From contig CAZKFF010000004.1 of NCBI GenBank assembly GCA_964552045.1, positions 20,368 to 84,367 of the forward strand: a stretch of DNA of 64,000 bases. The letters are read 5' to 3'. The notes beneath the pieces are model-generated. The model worked only from the letters and a program-made list of their open reading frames with translations. It did no database searches and was not told the origin of the DNA. The DNA comes from an uncultured Candidatus Saccharibacteria bacterium (lineage in GTDB: Bacteria > Patescibacteriota > Minisyncoccia > Phycocordibacterales > UBA918). The translations under genes were made by a program, and so were the position numbers. Shown one piece after another: positions 31,301-38,453 of this stretch. Position 1 is the stretch's first letter, and the number at the start of each line of letters is the position of its first letter.

Positions 31301-34300
31301 GAGTGGTGTCCGTCCACGACATCTGCTGCCAGTACGGTCCTGAGCCTTCATTGAAATCAATGAGCGGCTGCCCAATGATCGTTCCGGAACTGCCCGGGTT
31401 CTGTACCGCGATCATGAACGGCTCCTTAAATGGCGCTGCTCCGACCGAACCATTGGACTCAAGCGTCTGCCGCGTTGTCCATGATGTTCCATTCCAGCCT
31501 GAATAATCGTAGCGGTCATTGACATCATCGTATGCCAGAAGCTGTATAAGCTGTGCGCCCGTGCGCTGCAGCTGCACGGTTGACGCATCAGAGATCGCGG
31601 CAATAGTCGCCTCGCCGGACCATCCACCATCATAGGTACGATAGCGGACTGCAGTAGTGTCGCTGTACGCGAGCATGATCTCACCGTCATTGGCGCCGCC
31701 GACCTCGAACATACAATCGACCGCACGCGACGTCTTAGAATTGCCCGCCGTATCAAGTTCAGTCCGCCCTGTCCAGCCGGAACCGGTCCATGGCACCACG
31801 CCGATGTCATTGTCGTTATCGATATAACACAAAGCCATGTCGTCTGATCCGACATCGGCAGCGATGCTTCCCCATTCGAAATCGTCTCCAAGTGCAACAC
31901 TCGCTGCACCTGTCCATGAGGAACCGTTCCACGCTCTCCACGAGAAGGATGCTGCACCGCCGTTGGAAACAGCAACAACAGCCTGGTCGCCGCTTTCTTC
32001 GTACGAAGCTGCTATACCTTCATTGATATCTTCAGACATAGCGCCCCAAGTGACAAAGTTTCCCCACGAAGATCCGTCCCACACCATCGCTTCATAATCT
32101 GATCCGAGGATATCGCGCACAATGGCAATGATCTCGTCAGAATCAGGATCGGATATGAGGCGGACCCATCCGCAGGCGTTCGTACCCGTGCGGTCAATGT
32201 CACCTTCATCAGACCAGGAGGTGCCATTCCAGATATGGTAGGAAGGATCTGCATTTCCGTCGCAGGCGACCGCAACGGCATCCCCCGAATTCGTTTCATA
32301 GGCTATATCAAAACCGCGCATGTCGACGTTCGAAATAGACGTGCTTATCTCTTCTAGGTTGCCCCATGCCCCGTTCTTGAACACCTGCAAATTGACATCC
32401 CCGTCGCTCCCGAGCGTTCCGGTGATGTATTCATTCTCTATCGGAGAGGACCGGGTCACGATCCAGTTGATGGTCGCTCCCACATTGAGCGCGCTCGATT
32501 CTGTGCTCCATGCAGTGCCTGACCAGCGCCGGTAGCGCGGCGTGGTGACGGTTCCTTCCGCGTACACGACGATTGATTCATCAGAGGTGGTTGCAACCGT
32601 AACAGTATCCCCCGACTGGGTATAGAGCCCGGAGAGAAGGTTATTGTCGAACTGCGACTGCGTTGTCTGGAACCAGGTAGAGACCGTAACCGACGTATCC
32701 ACCGTGAAGCTGCGCGGTGTTGTGTAGAACGAATAGGTATTCGAACCAAGCGGATCGCGCGCGCGAACCCTCCACCAGTAGGTAGTGCCATTGCTGAGCG
32801 CATCGCCTGCCTGCACTTCAAAGCGGATACTGTCGCCCGATGAGAACGGACTCGTGTCCGCGCCGCTGTCGACATTGGTGAATCCTGTATTCGTATCGGA
32901 TGTGCGCGTGGTCGGAGCCGAGAAGTCATAGCTTGTCGACCATTGGAGCTGATAGATGAGGTCGTTATCCTGCGGATCGGTGGTGGTGAATTCGAACGTC
33001 GGGGTGGTTGTGCTCACTTTTTCGTTCGCAAACGGCTCGCTGATGGTCGGTGTCTCGATGAGATAATCCCAGTCGACGCTCCAGCTTTGGATCGACGGCG
33101 ATGCGCCTGAATCAGTCAGATCAGCAGCGATACGGATCTCCGCATAGACGGTCTTATCAACCCCAAGGAGACTCACCGGCGATGTATCGAAGCCGGTGCT
33201 GTTGCCGGGGAGATCAGCATCAGGGATATCAGTCCAGGTATCATTGTCGTTGTACTGGATCGAATACTTCACATCACTCGATGTCTCCGTGTCTGCAAAG
33301 ACGAAATCGCCCCATGCAGTACCGAGTTCGCCTTCTTCGAAGGTGATCGGATCGCTGTAGACCGTACCAGTAGCGAACGGCGAGAGTATTTGCATCTGAT
33401 CGGACACGGCCGCCTCGACATTGAGGAGCGTGTTCGTTTCAAACTGCTCTTGGGTCGTCTGGAACCAGGTAGAGACCGTAACAGACGTGTCCACCGTGAA
33501 GCTCTGGATGGTCGCCCATGAACCCCATGTATTAGAGCCGTTCGGATCACGCGCGCGGACCCGCCAGTAGTATGTGGTGCCGTTGTTCAATGCAGTCGCT
33601 GAGTTATATCGTATGAGCTCACCATTGGTGAACGGATCCTTATCAGCGGGAGTGGCGAGGTTCTGGAACAGTGTTGCGTTTGAAACTGTGTTGTGATCGA
33701 CAACCGCGGAGCTGAAATCATAATCGTTGTCGATCTGTATCTGGTACTCAAGGTCATCAGTCTCTTCGTCAGCGGCACTGAATTCGAAGTTCGGCGTGGT
33801 GGTACCGATCTTTTCATTATCGAAAAGCTTGAACAGATCAGGAGCGTTCGGAGCCTGGTTGGTCATTACCTGCGGGTATTCGCTGTATGCAAATAACGGA
33901 GTACCATCCTGCTGTACCATGCGGAAGCAATATATCGTACCGGCCTCTGCATTGTTTTGCTGTACAACGAAATCCCATTCACCGTAGTCATCAACCCCGA
34001 TCGGGTTTGGCACGCTCGCAGTCGGATTGTTCTCCTCATAGGTGGCGAGCACGGTGGTGCTTGCGAGCGTTGCCGATGCAAGCGTGTCACCATCGTTTAC
34101 CCCGGCATTTTCATACCCTCGCCACGCCGCTGAAGAGGTTGCGCTGCCCACATCGGACCACACGGAGATATCCGTGCACAAAGCGGTCGTCGTTCCATAC
34201 TGCAACTTGAAGGAATCCGCAGTCGAGGTGGAATTGGTCACCTGAAGCTGCATGCGTATGCGCAGCGCATCTCCGCTTGCTAGCGGCTCGTCTTCGGATG

Positions 34301-37300
34301 TGATCGGCTCATTCTCCAGAAGGTCTGCGGCTCCGGCAGGATACGGGTCACTTGGCGTATTGGCATTCTCGTTCGCATAAAAAAGGTATCCCGTTTGCGT
34401 ATACACCGGAACAGCACCGAGCTTCTTTCCATAGATCACCGTGAGATACGGCGGAAGGTTGTTCGCAGTCGAGAAATTCGTGACATCAACCAGGTGCGTG
34501 TGCGCACCACTGTTACCCGATGAGCCTGAGCGTGCATTATCGGTGATCGTCGCGTCACTACTTACGATACCAAAGATATCAGCGTGCGTATGCGTAGCCG
34601 ACCCGCCGGTGGTTCCGTAACTCGTAGCTCCTTTGACGAATCTGCCATTGAACGGGTCAGACGGCGATGACGACCGGTCGATCCACTGTGCAGGCGGCTC
34701 ATCCGACCACATTGCGATGGCGCCCTGAGGTGTGGATGTGGCGATCCCAGCGGTCGCAAAGATCACTTCGATGAATGGTGGTTCGCTGTTGATGCTTGCA
34801 GTATTGGACGACACGCTGTGCGCATGGTTGTCGGCAGCACCGGTTACCTGAGAGCCTCCAAAACGCGAGTTGAGCGTCGAGACGTTGGAAGCCGCGGTGG
34901 TGTTTCCGGTGATGTTGTGCGTGTGTGTATTGCTTCCGCCGTTGGCAATACTGTTTTCGCCGCGCGGATAACGGCCATCAAGCGCTGAGAGCCGTGTCCA
35001 ACCGGTTGGCAGTGACGCGTCATCGAACATCATGATCGCACCAGCAGGAATGGTCGCGGGATCTCCCGCGCTGTTGCTCTGGATGACGCGGAACTGGCGA
35101 TATGCCGGCAGGTTTGAGACCGTGGAGATATTCGGGGTATACAAGTGCGAGTGCGTAGGGATACTGATCTCGCCTGAGCCGTTGTTCTCCGTATTGGTGG
35201 TATTGCTCGAGTTGACCACACCCGTTGCCGTGTGCGTGTGCGTGGTCGCGCCTCCAGTGGTGTTATAGGTATCGCCGCCCATAGGGAACCGCTGGTAGAA
35301 CGTGCCTGATCCGCAGGACAGACAGGTCCAGCCAGCAGGGATCGCAGCGCCGCTGTTCCAGAAGACGATCAGGTTCCCGGTCGCGTCAGACGCGATCTGC
35401 CACTGCCGGTGTTCTTCGAAGACCACACTGTTCATGTTCGTTGCTGCAACGCTCTCCATCGGCTGCGGTTCAGACAATACCGGAGCAGGTATTGCTCCTG
35501 ATCCAATTTCTGGAGCCGTTGTTGCCGATTGCTCTGCCTCCGGCTCCGTAAGTGCATCGGATGTTTCCGGTACTTCTTCCCCTTGTGTGTCCTGCGGCAT
35601 GCCCGCAGCCGGCACTTCCTCCGTACCCTGCTCCGTATCCTGTGGTGTTTCAACAACAGGCAGCGGCGCTGAAGTTGTTGCACCCGCTTCAAACAGGTCC
35701 GGCAGTTCTGAAGGCGTCGTGGTGCTTTCGCCTGCCGGCATCGGTGATGATGCCGGAGTGGTTGTAGCAGTCGATGATGCAGTTTCGTCGGCCGTACGCA
35801 TTGACTCGGGCAGTTCACCCTCAAGTCGTGCCGAACCGACCGTGTACAGATACGGCGAAATGTCAGGTGCATCAAAAGTGTATGCAAAACTCTGGCTCAC
35901 ACCGGCTTCCAGGGAAACGTCCCATGAGAGTTCCTGCACATCATGCTTCGTGCTGATTGCTGCGTCAGTTTTTGTGATGACAAACGACGAGGGGACCTGT
36001 TCAATGAGGGTTCCTTCCCAGGCTTCCTGTGCAGTAAGCGTTATTTCCATCGGATACTGCTCCAGTGGATATACGCGGCTCGGGCCTTTGCGCTCCAATA
36101 CAAACGGCAGGTTCTCTTCCACCATAAAGGTGTCTATGGTATGCGCCGCGATAGTGCCGTCTGCGTCAATACGCTCGAGGTACATTTCATGTTCACCTGC
36201 AACTTCAGGGGTGAATACCGCAGCGTAATCAGGCACATCAACGACATTGTTTCCATTGCAGAGACCCGATGCCTGAACCGGCACCTTTGAAAGAACTTCC
36301 TGCGGATCAATGATATACAGCGACAGTGCGGCATCGCAGATAGTATTGCCGTTCTGAGAAAGCGCTCCCATCGATATCTCGACCGTATCGCCAAGTTCGT
36401 AGGCTGTCTGATTTGAGTTTATGGAAAGAAGCCCCCACTGGAATGAGAACGTATCAGTGTATGTTGCACCGCCTTCATTGATCGTTATCTCAACAAGGTA
36501 TTCTCCCGGACGCAGGCGTTCACGATCCTCCTCTTCCAATTGAATGTTGATGATTCCTTCATCAGTGATACTGACCTCCGGAGTTATCCCTACATCGCCA
36601 ATGTCCTTATGGACGAAGGAGACTGCTTCTACCTCGGCGAGCTTACGACCGAACAGATCGCGGAAGAACCGTACTGCGAGGTTGCGTTGCGACGTATACT
36701 TCAGGCTGAAATGCGGCAGCTCTTCACGGGTGAAGTCTATGTCTTCGCTCATGAGCGTATGCATCGACGGATCAGACAGACGCCGCAAGAGATCCCGCAC
36801 CAATCGTGCATGGAGCAGTTCTTTGTCGAGATGTTCAACTTCGATCTGCAGCCATGCGGTGTCGATGTACACTCCACCGAGTTGCTCCGTATCACCTTTG
36901 TATACAACTTCGACTTCAACATCATTGAGCTCGGCAATGCTTGCTATCTGCGGCAGCGCAAACAGGAAATAACCGCCGTTGAGTGCATTGGATACCTCAC
37001 CGTCTATAACGATCGTGCCCACCTGCTGTGTGGACGAGGGCGTTTTGTAATTGATCTCCAGCACAGGCGCTGAGGATGACGCTTTTGGTTCATACTGCGC
37101 CGCCAGAGACATGCGCAGCTGCATGCCCGTTATGAACTCACCGCGCTTGAGCTCCGGAGCACTGAAGTCCGACAGGGTAAATACGTACTGCGAAGGCGGC
37201 TCTGCTGGAGCTTCAGATTCCTCAAGTACGTCGCCAGTTGTCGTTGCCTGATCCTGCGAAATGGTTTCTTCCGTTGATGTTGCCTGCAAAGTATTCGGTG

Positions 37301-38348
37301 TCTTCTCTATGGGTTCCTCAGGCGAAGTCAGCGCCTCCTCGGTCTGAAGCGGTACCTCTTCCATAGATGGCTCAACAGATTCCGGCTCTTGCAGCATAGG
37401 GTCAGAAGCCGGAATTTCAGACGCCGCTTCACTCTCTGGTTCAGGTTCAGGTTCCTGCGCAGGTTCAGGTTCCTGCGTCTGTTCAACTGTTGGTTCCAGT
37501 TCTGCTTCGGGCTGTGCTTCCGCTTGCACGACTGCTGCTACCTCTTCTACCTCCGCATCATTCATGAATGGGAAAAATTCCGTTACCGTTCCGAGGAATG
37601 CAAACAGCGTCTCTGTTGCTTTTTTCAGCACTACGGGCTGCGACGTTTCATCAGCAGGAGCGGGAGTTTCTTCAGTCTCTGGTTCAGGTTCAGGTTCCTG
37701 CGCAGGTTCCGGCGTCTGTTCAACTGTTGGTTCCAGTTCTGCTTCGGGCTGTGCTTCCAGCTCTAGTGCCGCCGGTTCTTCTATCTGCACAGGCGAGTTC
37801 GTCGCCGCAGGCTCAGAAACCGGTTCCACAGTTGGAGTTGCTGTCTCGGCTGATGTGGTTGCAGTTGTCGTTGCGGTCGATTCTCCGGATGAGGATGCGC
37901 CGTTCGGAGGAGTCATCTCGGACTGTGCATCCTTCTGTGCCGCTTCGTCGGAAGGTAGCGGCACATGCGCGGAATTGTGCCGGGTGAATTCTTGGTACAG
38001 CGCCTCTTCATCAAGATCAGGAGAAAGCACCTGCTCGACATCGGTCCAAGTGCTGTTTGTCACTGAACCCGGATAGATATGCAGGGTGTTTTTAACGCCG
38101 AGCTGCGTGTCTCTGTCCTCCGCCTGAGAATATGCGCGATCAATGCTTAGACCACCGATTGCGATAACAAGCAAGAGGAGAAGTGCGCGAGATATGACCG
38201 TCTTCCACACTGATGAGAGATGTAGTTTTGTCGTTCCATGAGAAGGCTTCCCATTCTGAGAAACAACAAAACGCCCTGCAAAAGATTCCAGCGCTCTAAA
38301 TATGAATATATTAAATTCCCTCCTTGTTTTTTTTGAGAAAAATCTCAT
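19323..38348 (-). CDS. Giant (~6340 aa) multidomain surface adhesin: acidic stalk, 3 phage-tail-collar-like HxH repeats, FN3-like, propeller-like WxGxxW repeats, 3 DUF2341 (one with LamG), beta-helical repeats, shared C-terminal module
   Basis: Single 19-kb ORF (track start TTG 38375; ATG at 38348). N-terminal hydrophobic segment LLLLLVIAIGGL; DUF2341 motifs DLRFT.DG.T.LP.WIE...YVYYGN; LamG FDGTMDEVRLS. Confidence 0.9.
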   Translation of the reverse strand: MRFFSKKTRREFNIFIFRALESFAGRFVVSQNGKPSHGTTKLHLSSVWKTVISRALLLLLVIAIGGLSIDRAYSQAEDRDTQLGVKNTLHIYPGSVTNSTWTDVEQVLSPDLDEEALYQEFTRHNSAHVPLPSDEAAQKDAQSEMTPPNGASSSGESTATTTATTSAETATPTVEPVSEPAATNSPVQIEEPAALELEAQPEAELEPTVEQTPEPAQEPEPEPETEETPAPADETSQPVVLKKATETLFAFLGTVTEFFPFMNDAEVEEVAAVVQAEAQPEAELEPTVEQTQEPEPAQEPEPEPESEAASEIPASDPMLQEPESVEPSMEEVPLQTEEALTSPEEPIEKTPNTLQATSTEETISQDQATTTGDVLEESEAPAEPPSQYVFTLSDFSAPELKRGEFITGMQLRMSLAAQYEPKASSSAPVLEINYKTPSSTQQVGTIVIDGEVSNALNGGYFLFALPQIASIAELNDVEVEVVYKGDTEQLGGVYIDTAWLQIEVEHLDKELLHARLVRDLLRRLSDPSMHTLMSEDIDFTREELPHFSLKYTSQRNLAVRFFRDLFGRKLAEVEAVSFVHKDIGDVGITPEVSITDEGIINIQLEEEDRERLRPGEYLVEITINEGGATYTDTFSFQWGLLSINSNQTAYELGDTVEISMGALSQNGNTICDAALSLYIIDPQEVLSKVPVQASGLCNGNNVVDVPDYAAVFTPEVAGEHEMYLERIDADGTIAAHTIDTFMVEENLPFVLERKGPSRVYPLEQYPMEITLTAQEAWEGTLIEQVPSSFVITKTDAAISTKHDVQELSWDVSLEAGVSQSFAYTFDAPDISPYLYTVGSARLEGELPESMRTADETASSTATTTPASSPMPAGESTTTPSELPDLFEAGATTSAPLPVVETPQDTEQGTEEVPAAGMPQDTQGEEVPETSDALTEPEAEQSATTAPEIGSGAIPAPVLSEPQPMESVAATNMNSVVFEEHRQWQIASDATGNLIVFWNSGAAIPAGWTCLSCGSGTFYQRFPMGGDTYNTTGGATTHTHTATGVVNSSNTTNTENNGSGEISIPTHSHLYTPNISTVSNLPAYRQFRVIQSNSAGDPATIPAGAIMMFDDASLPTGWTRLSALDGRYPRGENSIANGGSNTHTHNITGNTTAASNVSTLNSRFGGSQVTGAADNHAHSVSSNTASINSEPPFIEVIFATAGIATSTPQGAIAMWSDEPPAQWIDRSSSPSDPFNGRFVKGATSYGTTGGSATHTHADIFGIVSSDATITDNARSGSSGNSGAHTHLVDVTNFSTANNLPPYLTVIYGKKLGAVPVYTQTGYLFYANENANTPSDPYPAGAADLLENEPITSEDEPLASGDALRIRMQLQVTNSTSTADSFKLQYGTTTALCTDISVWSDVGSATSSAAWRGYENAGVNDGDTLASATLASTTVLATYEENNPTASVPNPIGVDDYGEWDFVVQQNNAEAGTIYCFRMVQQDGTPLFAYSEYPQVMTNQAPNAPDLFKLFDNEKIGTTTPNFEFSAADEETDDLEYQIQIDNDYDFSSAVVDHNTVSNATLFQNLATPADKDPFTNGELIRYNSATALNNGTTYYWRVRARDPNGSNTWGSWATIQSFTVDTSVTVSTWFQTTQEQFETNTLLNVEAAVSDQMQILSPFATGTVYSDPITFEEGELGTAWGDFVFADTETSSDVKYSIQYNDNDTWTDIPDADLPGNSTGFDTSPVSLLGVDKTVYAEIRIAADLTDSGASPSIQSWSVDWDYLIETPTISEPFANEKVSTTTPTFEFTTTDPQDNDLIYQLQWSTSYDFSAPTTRTSDTNTGFTNVDSGADTSPFSSGDSIRFEVQAGDALSNGTTYWWRVRARDPLGSNTYSFYTTPRSFTVDTSVTVSTWFQTTQSQFDNNLLSGLYTQSGDTVTVATTSDESIVVYAEGTVTTPRYRRWSGTAWSTESSALNVGATINWIVTRSSPIENEYITGTLGSDGDVNLQVFKNGAWGNLEEISTSISNVDMRGFDIAYETNSGDAVAVACDGNADPSYHIWNGTSWSDEGDIDRTGTNACGWVRLISDPDSDEIIAIVRDILGSDYEAMVWDGSSWGNFVTWGAMSEDINEGIAASYEESGDQAVVAVSNGGAASFSWRAWNGSSWTGAASVALGDDFEWGSIAADVGSDDMALCYIDNDNDIGVVPWTGSGWTGRTELDTAGNSKTSRAVDCMFEVGGANDGEIMLAYSDTTAVRYRTYDGGWSGEATIAAISDASTVQLQRTGAQLIQLLAYDDVNDRYDYSGWNGTSWTTRQTLESNGSVGAAPFKEPFMIAVQNPGSSGTIIGQPLIDFNEGSGPYWQQMSWTDTTLDGSDILYQIEYYDGDSWELVPDSLLPGNSSGTSTGPIDLSGVLPASTYGQIRPVANLICNIGTCPVFSDWTITWAAGITVSGTALQYDEATNVASGNVAIAVNGVLQTGKTGTISNGTWSIANVNVAQGDVVTVFIDGASDSSEAVAVTAYDGVGNMSGLDLYAGHLVVGSDDAATVSNASLGLYDLTNDEDLFFDVNASNDLSVCASSGCAETELYIKAGNTYQPGTGGNATTFSFENNGTVSANGNTLRVGGSWENNATTNMATSTVIFTATSTQSSVPWYDAQWSHRLPLTIQSSQIDTSVTDFPVYVDLSDLDSTFFSNVNTNGGDIRITTADGQTELPREIVSIDTGAQTGEIYFQADSLSSAGDTTFYIYYGNSSASDYASNATNGSENVWNNDYEAVYHFDESPSASAPQYADSTGNSSGTAVNMEAGDRVAGIAGGAAEVDGVDERIETNFSQSLLNSTWSIFLDADGTQGACDGVMFSRGTGVNGMNAGACTDTSRIGYHWENLAATAWDFAGGAVYPTNEWYMASLVVEPTQATLYAHAQGGVTSGSNVQTHTLSTINNLDFGWDSFGVARSFDGTMDEVRLSSVSRTADWLDAEYRNISSPGTFYAVSASESFASSTSGLPYTLTDADGTLDFYTVTFGEGSGTSEWEIADSLDVDNALTVAYGTLARGSETITVAGNVTTQANGLWTGVGTTTFDGTGIATWSDNSTPKQNIGYAVVNGVSKVVQLGSNVEASSVTIGSDDTFDLSTSNRDIVVYGNWVNNNTFNPRNGDVTFSGTQPGQIVTAGGDNFYNLIFNGSGGSWSFTESTLGINNDLSIATGTVTFPTGTTTIAGSFTNSGGSFAHNNGSVLFNSSTAETLTFNGGTFTNALYDVRFQGSGSWSFTEAHATTSNEFRIVQGTVTLPSASLAVGGSFLNTGGTFAHNNGTVRLTGSGTHSIDTNAPFNSLAFTGSGSWSFVDASVTAQGSLTVTAGTVTLPSGTLTLGGSLSNSATLVHNSGTVLFNSNDAGETIVLGSSPLYNVTFNSGTGGWSINGNATTTNDFTLASAGVFTLASGQTLSVSGTFTNSAGGSATTWTGSTLALGGGSFALNTKTAGADGYGTLRVASTTHVSMWNSSSTAYTVDGSLYSQDHSGVDGDLYIWGSYERASGTEHWSYATDFDGTSLAGGSERQADIAFAAGSSATFSGGSLNILGTASATTTIHNQGSGSYALTVSGGTVNADHYQVRNTDASGFAFLGTPSITSLANGDFDLTVPASSISVAASVIDANPALQILNVRFGSAASSSPWLDPWDYRKSHVVQSASGAGTDYPIMMTIHYGSGTDSGDDVYLGSKGSADFSDLRFTSDDGQTLLPYWIESQTDGDQAVVWVNVSADLSSSDATIYVYYGNNSASSQSDGEATFTFFDDFSGASLDTSKWQTFNIDSYSQSNGILTATTTAKDPAKIIASEGGSGETGNNLAFRARFRPRVGANNDQRVGLSIKTSTANGQGYNYLLHNFSSFTPRAFLDDLVAWGPTHSEPWTLGTWYTEEIYHDGTSVLGRFDDGTWNSWARTGRTGYFALNTGGLSETVSNDWDFALIRKIVATEPSHGTWGSEESVNAFIPYNVSASGSPTSYWWFRQTSGDFDGEAFDDDTGDPGSIRWDDSSVALTLSGTVYADNGATPLTGGTCDGVSTPVRIVVEDGSTYDTSCSNVDGSWSMSGVAIVGDPTVTVFLNGASGGETAVTVTKTPTEDIGDLDLYAHRVITRHEDTASMTIADMVHDSTFDSDIIFTVATGTEPLLTVAPDNALFVWASTTFTPGGTVTLQSGGTGTDYDGSLYLANGASFIGNGTTTYTIGGTFTQSAGAVFSAASSSVLMSATTTGKAIDVALGETATFNQLRFSGIGGGWNINGDIAALDDIEVATGTVTGTGDISIPNGSFFGEGLVSLGGGTTTLEQSNTLGGSQGWTLYNLQLGNGTTIGTTTPAGTATTTIGGTLFIAVGHYLDAGASRFDLSGTGTVFVENGTFLEDQSTVRYSGGSATNLLSTTYYDLDLNAGAGAPTYTATGLGILVLHDLTVGGESATAATFDTHDTALGVNGDVVIRSNGTLIGSNSGLFTVAGSWDNDGTYTSSNGTVTFNGSGAINIAAGTSPFGNLTVNGGGNFTISEHATTTGAFMLASSTGAFTLASGQSLALGGSFTNALGGAATTWTGSTLRFVSGTNYEINAKTISDTYENFAVGTNTDIRMWNSSASAYVVDASGSLYSQDHAGVDGDLFIYGNYGGNGGTDHWSYATDFDGAVLGGGTERQAHVRFESGAGMNLLSGGLQVLGSASASTSIENQGSGTYSLLIGGSASTSWSYYAVEDINSAGLTFSGAPHVVTLSHGDFEIAQAGGSGITVGGTVIDINPAQTFTNNNFSTTTGISAFNVTATGTSVSSWRFTNHTGSLDGEEHDVDPDGDPGYIVWDNSAANITIAGNVYSDEGTTVSGVCDGTTNNITVRVAGLTSYAASCNATTGAYSVSGVTYSPGDSIVAYIDGETQKGATVTEDPVSNIGNMHIYENRVIVRHEGTDPLNIADMAVWDSSDDADIPFTAIDGSPDTLVLPANRKLIVWSGKEFEPDGNITLQGGGAGAAYDGTFEAYANAIVSFSGAQEHSIGGSFILGSNASFDAGLSTTTFTTTGAARTIDANSESFYNTVFSGSGSWSITDATFDVQNIFITDGVLTFPTGTTTVSGSFSNNGGSFVINGSTLVFDAATTGNILRAGGSNLEELIFNGVGGAWTMTDANATTTGSVTVQAGTLTLPSGAFAVGGDFRNTGGDIVHNTADLYFTNDTGASLLASSSDLYAVIFSGAGTFTMEDESLSLLDDLRIAQGSVLFASSTLAIGGSFDASGGLFDSATGTVLFNSADAGETIDPGNSNFYNVVLANAGGGWAITGNATATHNFSLSLASSFTQQSGTRLYVGNVFTNNVGGGATTWSGATLILDAGAGYSINTKLSDGDQYGTLIVGDDTDIRVWNSSADTTTVQPSASLYSQDHGGSDGALTIYGDFHVSTTTEYWSYATDFDGASLAGIERAVTVSIAGNATTTVDGGTLYMIGASGNSTTVQNQGSGTYAFAVSDGTFNALYYRYRDLNAEGLLFSGTPFITSLSQGDFELAVSGGSLITLSSATLDANASKVISGNRFATTTAITGTNVTLIGTTTNAWAFVSHTGNLAGEDYDDDGATACGSIRWNDSSCLLTQQTHYRWRHDDGGVDVPDSEWFNASWGARKRVRLENPDAATYTDAAVKLSVAYDAAMQGDFDDLRFTDASGTTTIPHFIERYTASADADIWVQVPSLAAEDITTLYMYFDNATASSTSSSADAFIAADDFEDGNITEYSGDTSLFNVGSSFAYGGSFGLDATAHESDKATDGIADTGLTVSQGQIIRYMQYVDTDAGNGDEVCTLFGVQSPVTSNQNYAICLEQFGVDRMSIVENAQNTDSSGTVLASSTVDFPTLGSGWYEVEIDWQTGGDMDVTLSKDGATAATASASDNTYTSGGIGFTFWFQNGGWDNYSARPHVDTEPTVYFGDKQVSGGASWAADLDESYAYTHGDIARLRVAVENSGLQITGQTFDIEYATKGAAPSCEAVSSASYAIVPPQSSCGSSPLCMQASSHLTDNGATTDLLFEVDGQFTSGKVVEDPSNTTAALTIDQDEYTELEYALTPTINASAPSYCLRVTDASDPLDTYLSVAELELRFDPIVTNVSLNGGAAIALVPGSTTTVYTTGTVTDLNGFDDLTHATATMYRSGVGAACTPDNNNCYVSAAPLCELSGCSGNSCSISCSADFYFHADATDAGSAYEGEEWLAAVEVSDQGGGIDIGSTPTTTQIELLTLHALDVDAAINYGPLAVSSTTGSYNPTTTVQNLGNVPIDIELEGTDLTDGGSSFIPASEQLFATSTFTYTACTSCSALSSTTATDLEVDLTKPTSSSSPVTDVVYWGIEIPYGVASNPHQGTNIFYAIGD
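37435..37758. repeat. Near-identical ~80-87 bp direct repeat inside the giant gene (EAQPEAELEPTVEQT..EPAQEPEPEP), with internal GGTTCA microrepeats
   Basis: Copies at 37435-37521 and 37678-37758, differing by a 6-bp unit and a substitution. Confidence 0.9.
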
Positions 38349-38399
38349 CGAGAACAAGCAGCAAAACACCCCCAATGAGCGTGCATCGCTATAACAAAT

Positions 38400-38433
38400 T
38401 ATAGCGCGTTAAACCTTGGTTTAACGCGCTATA
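38400..38433. promoter_or_regulatory. Perfect 16-bp inverted repeat overlapping the TATAAT (-10) box upstream of the giant gene
   Basis: TATAGCGCGTTAAACC-TT-GGTTTAACGCGCTATA; minus-strand TATAAT at 38398-38403. Confidence 0.65.
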
Positions 38434-38453
38434 CTGTGGATTCAAATCCTCTT

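Noticed and set aside
34420-35375. Prophage or tailocin
   Set aside because: The tail-collar-like repeats are internal to a secreted giant ORF. No capsid, terminase, sheath, baseplate or integrase genes are seen.
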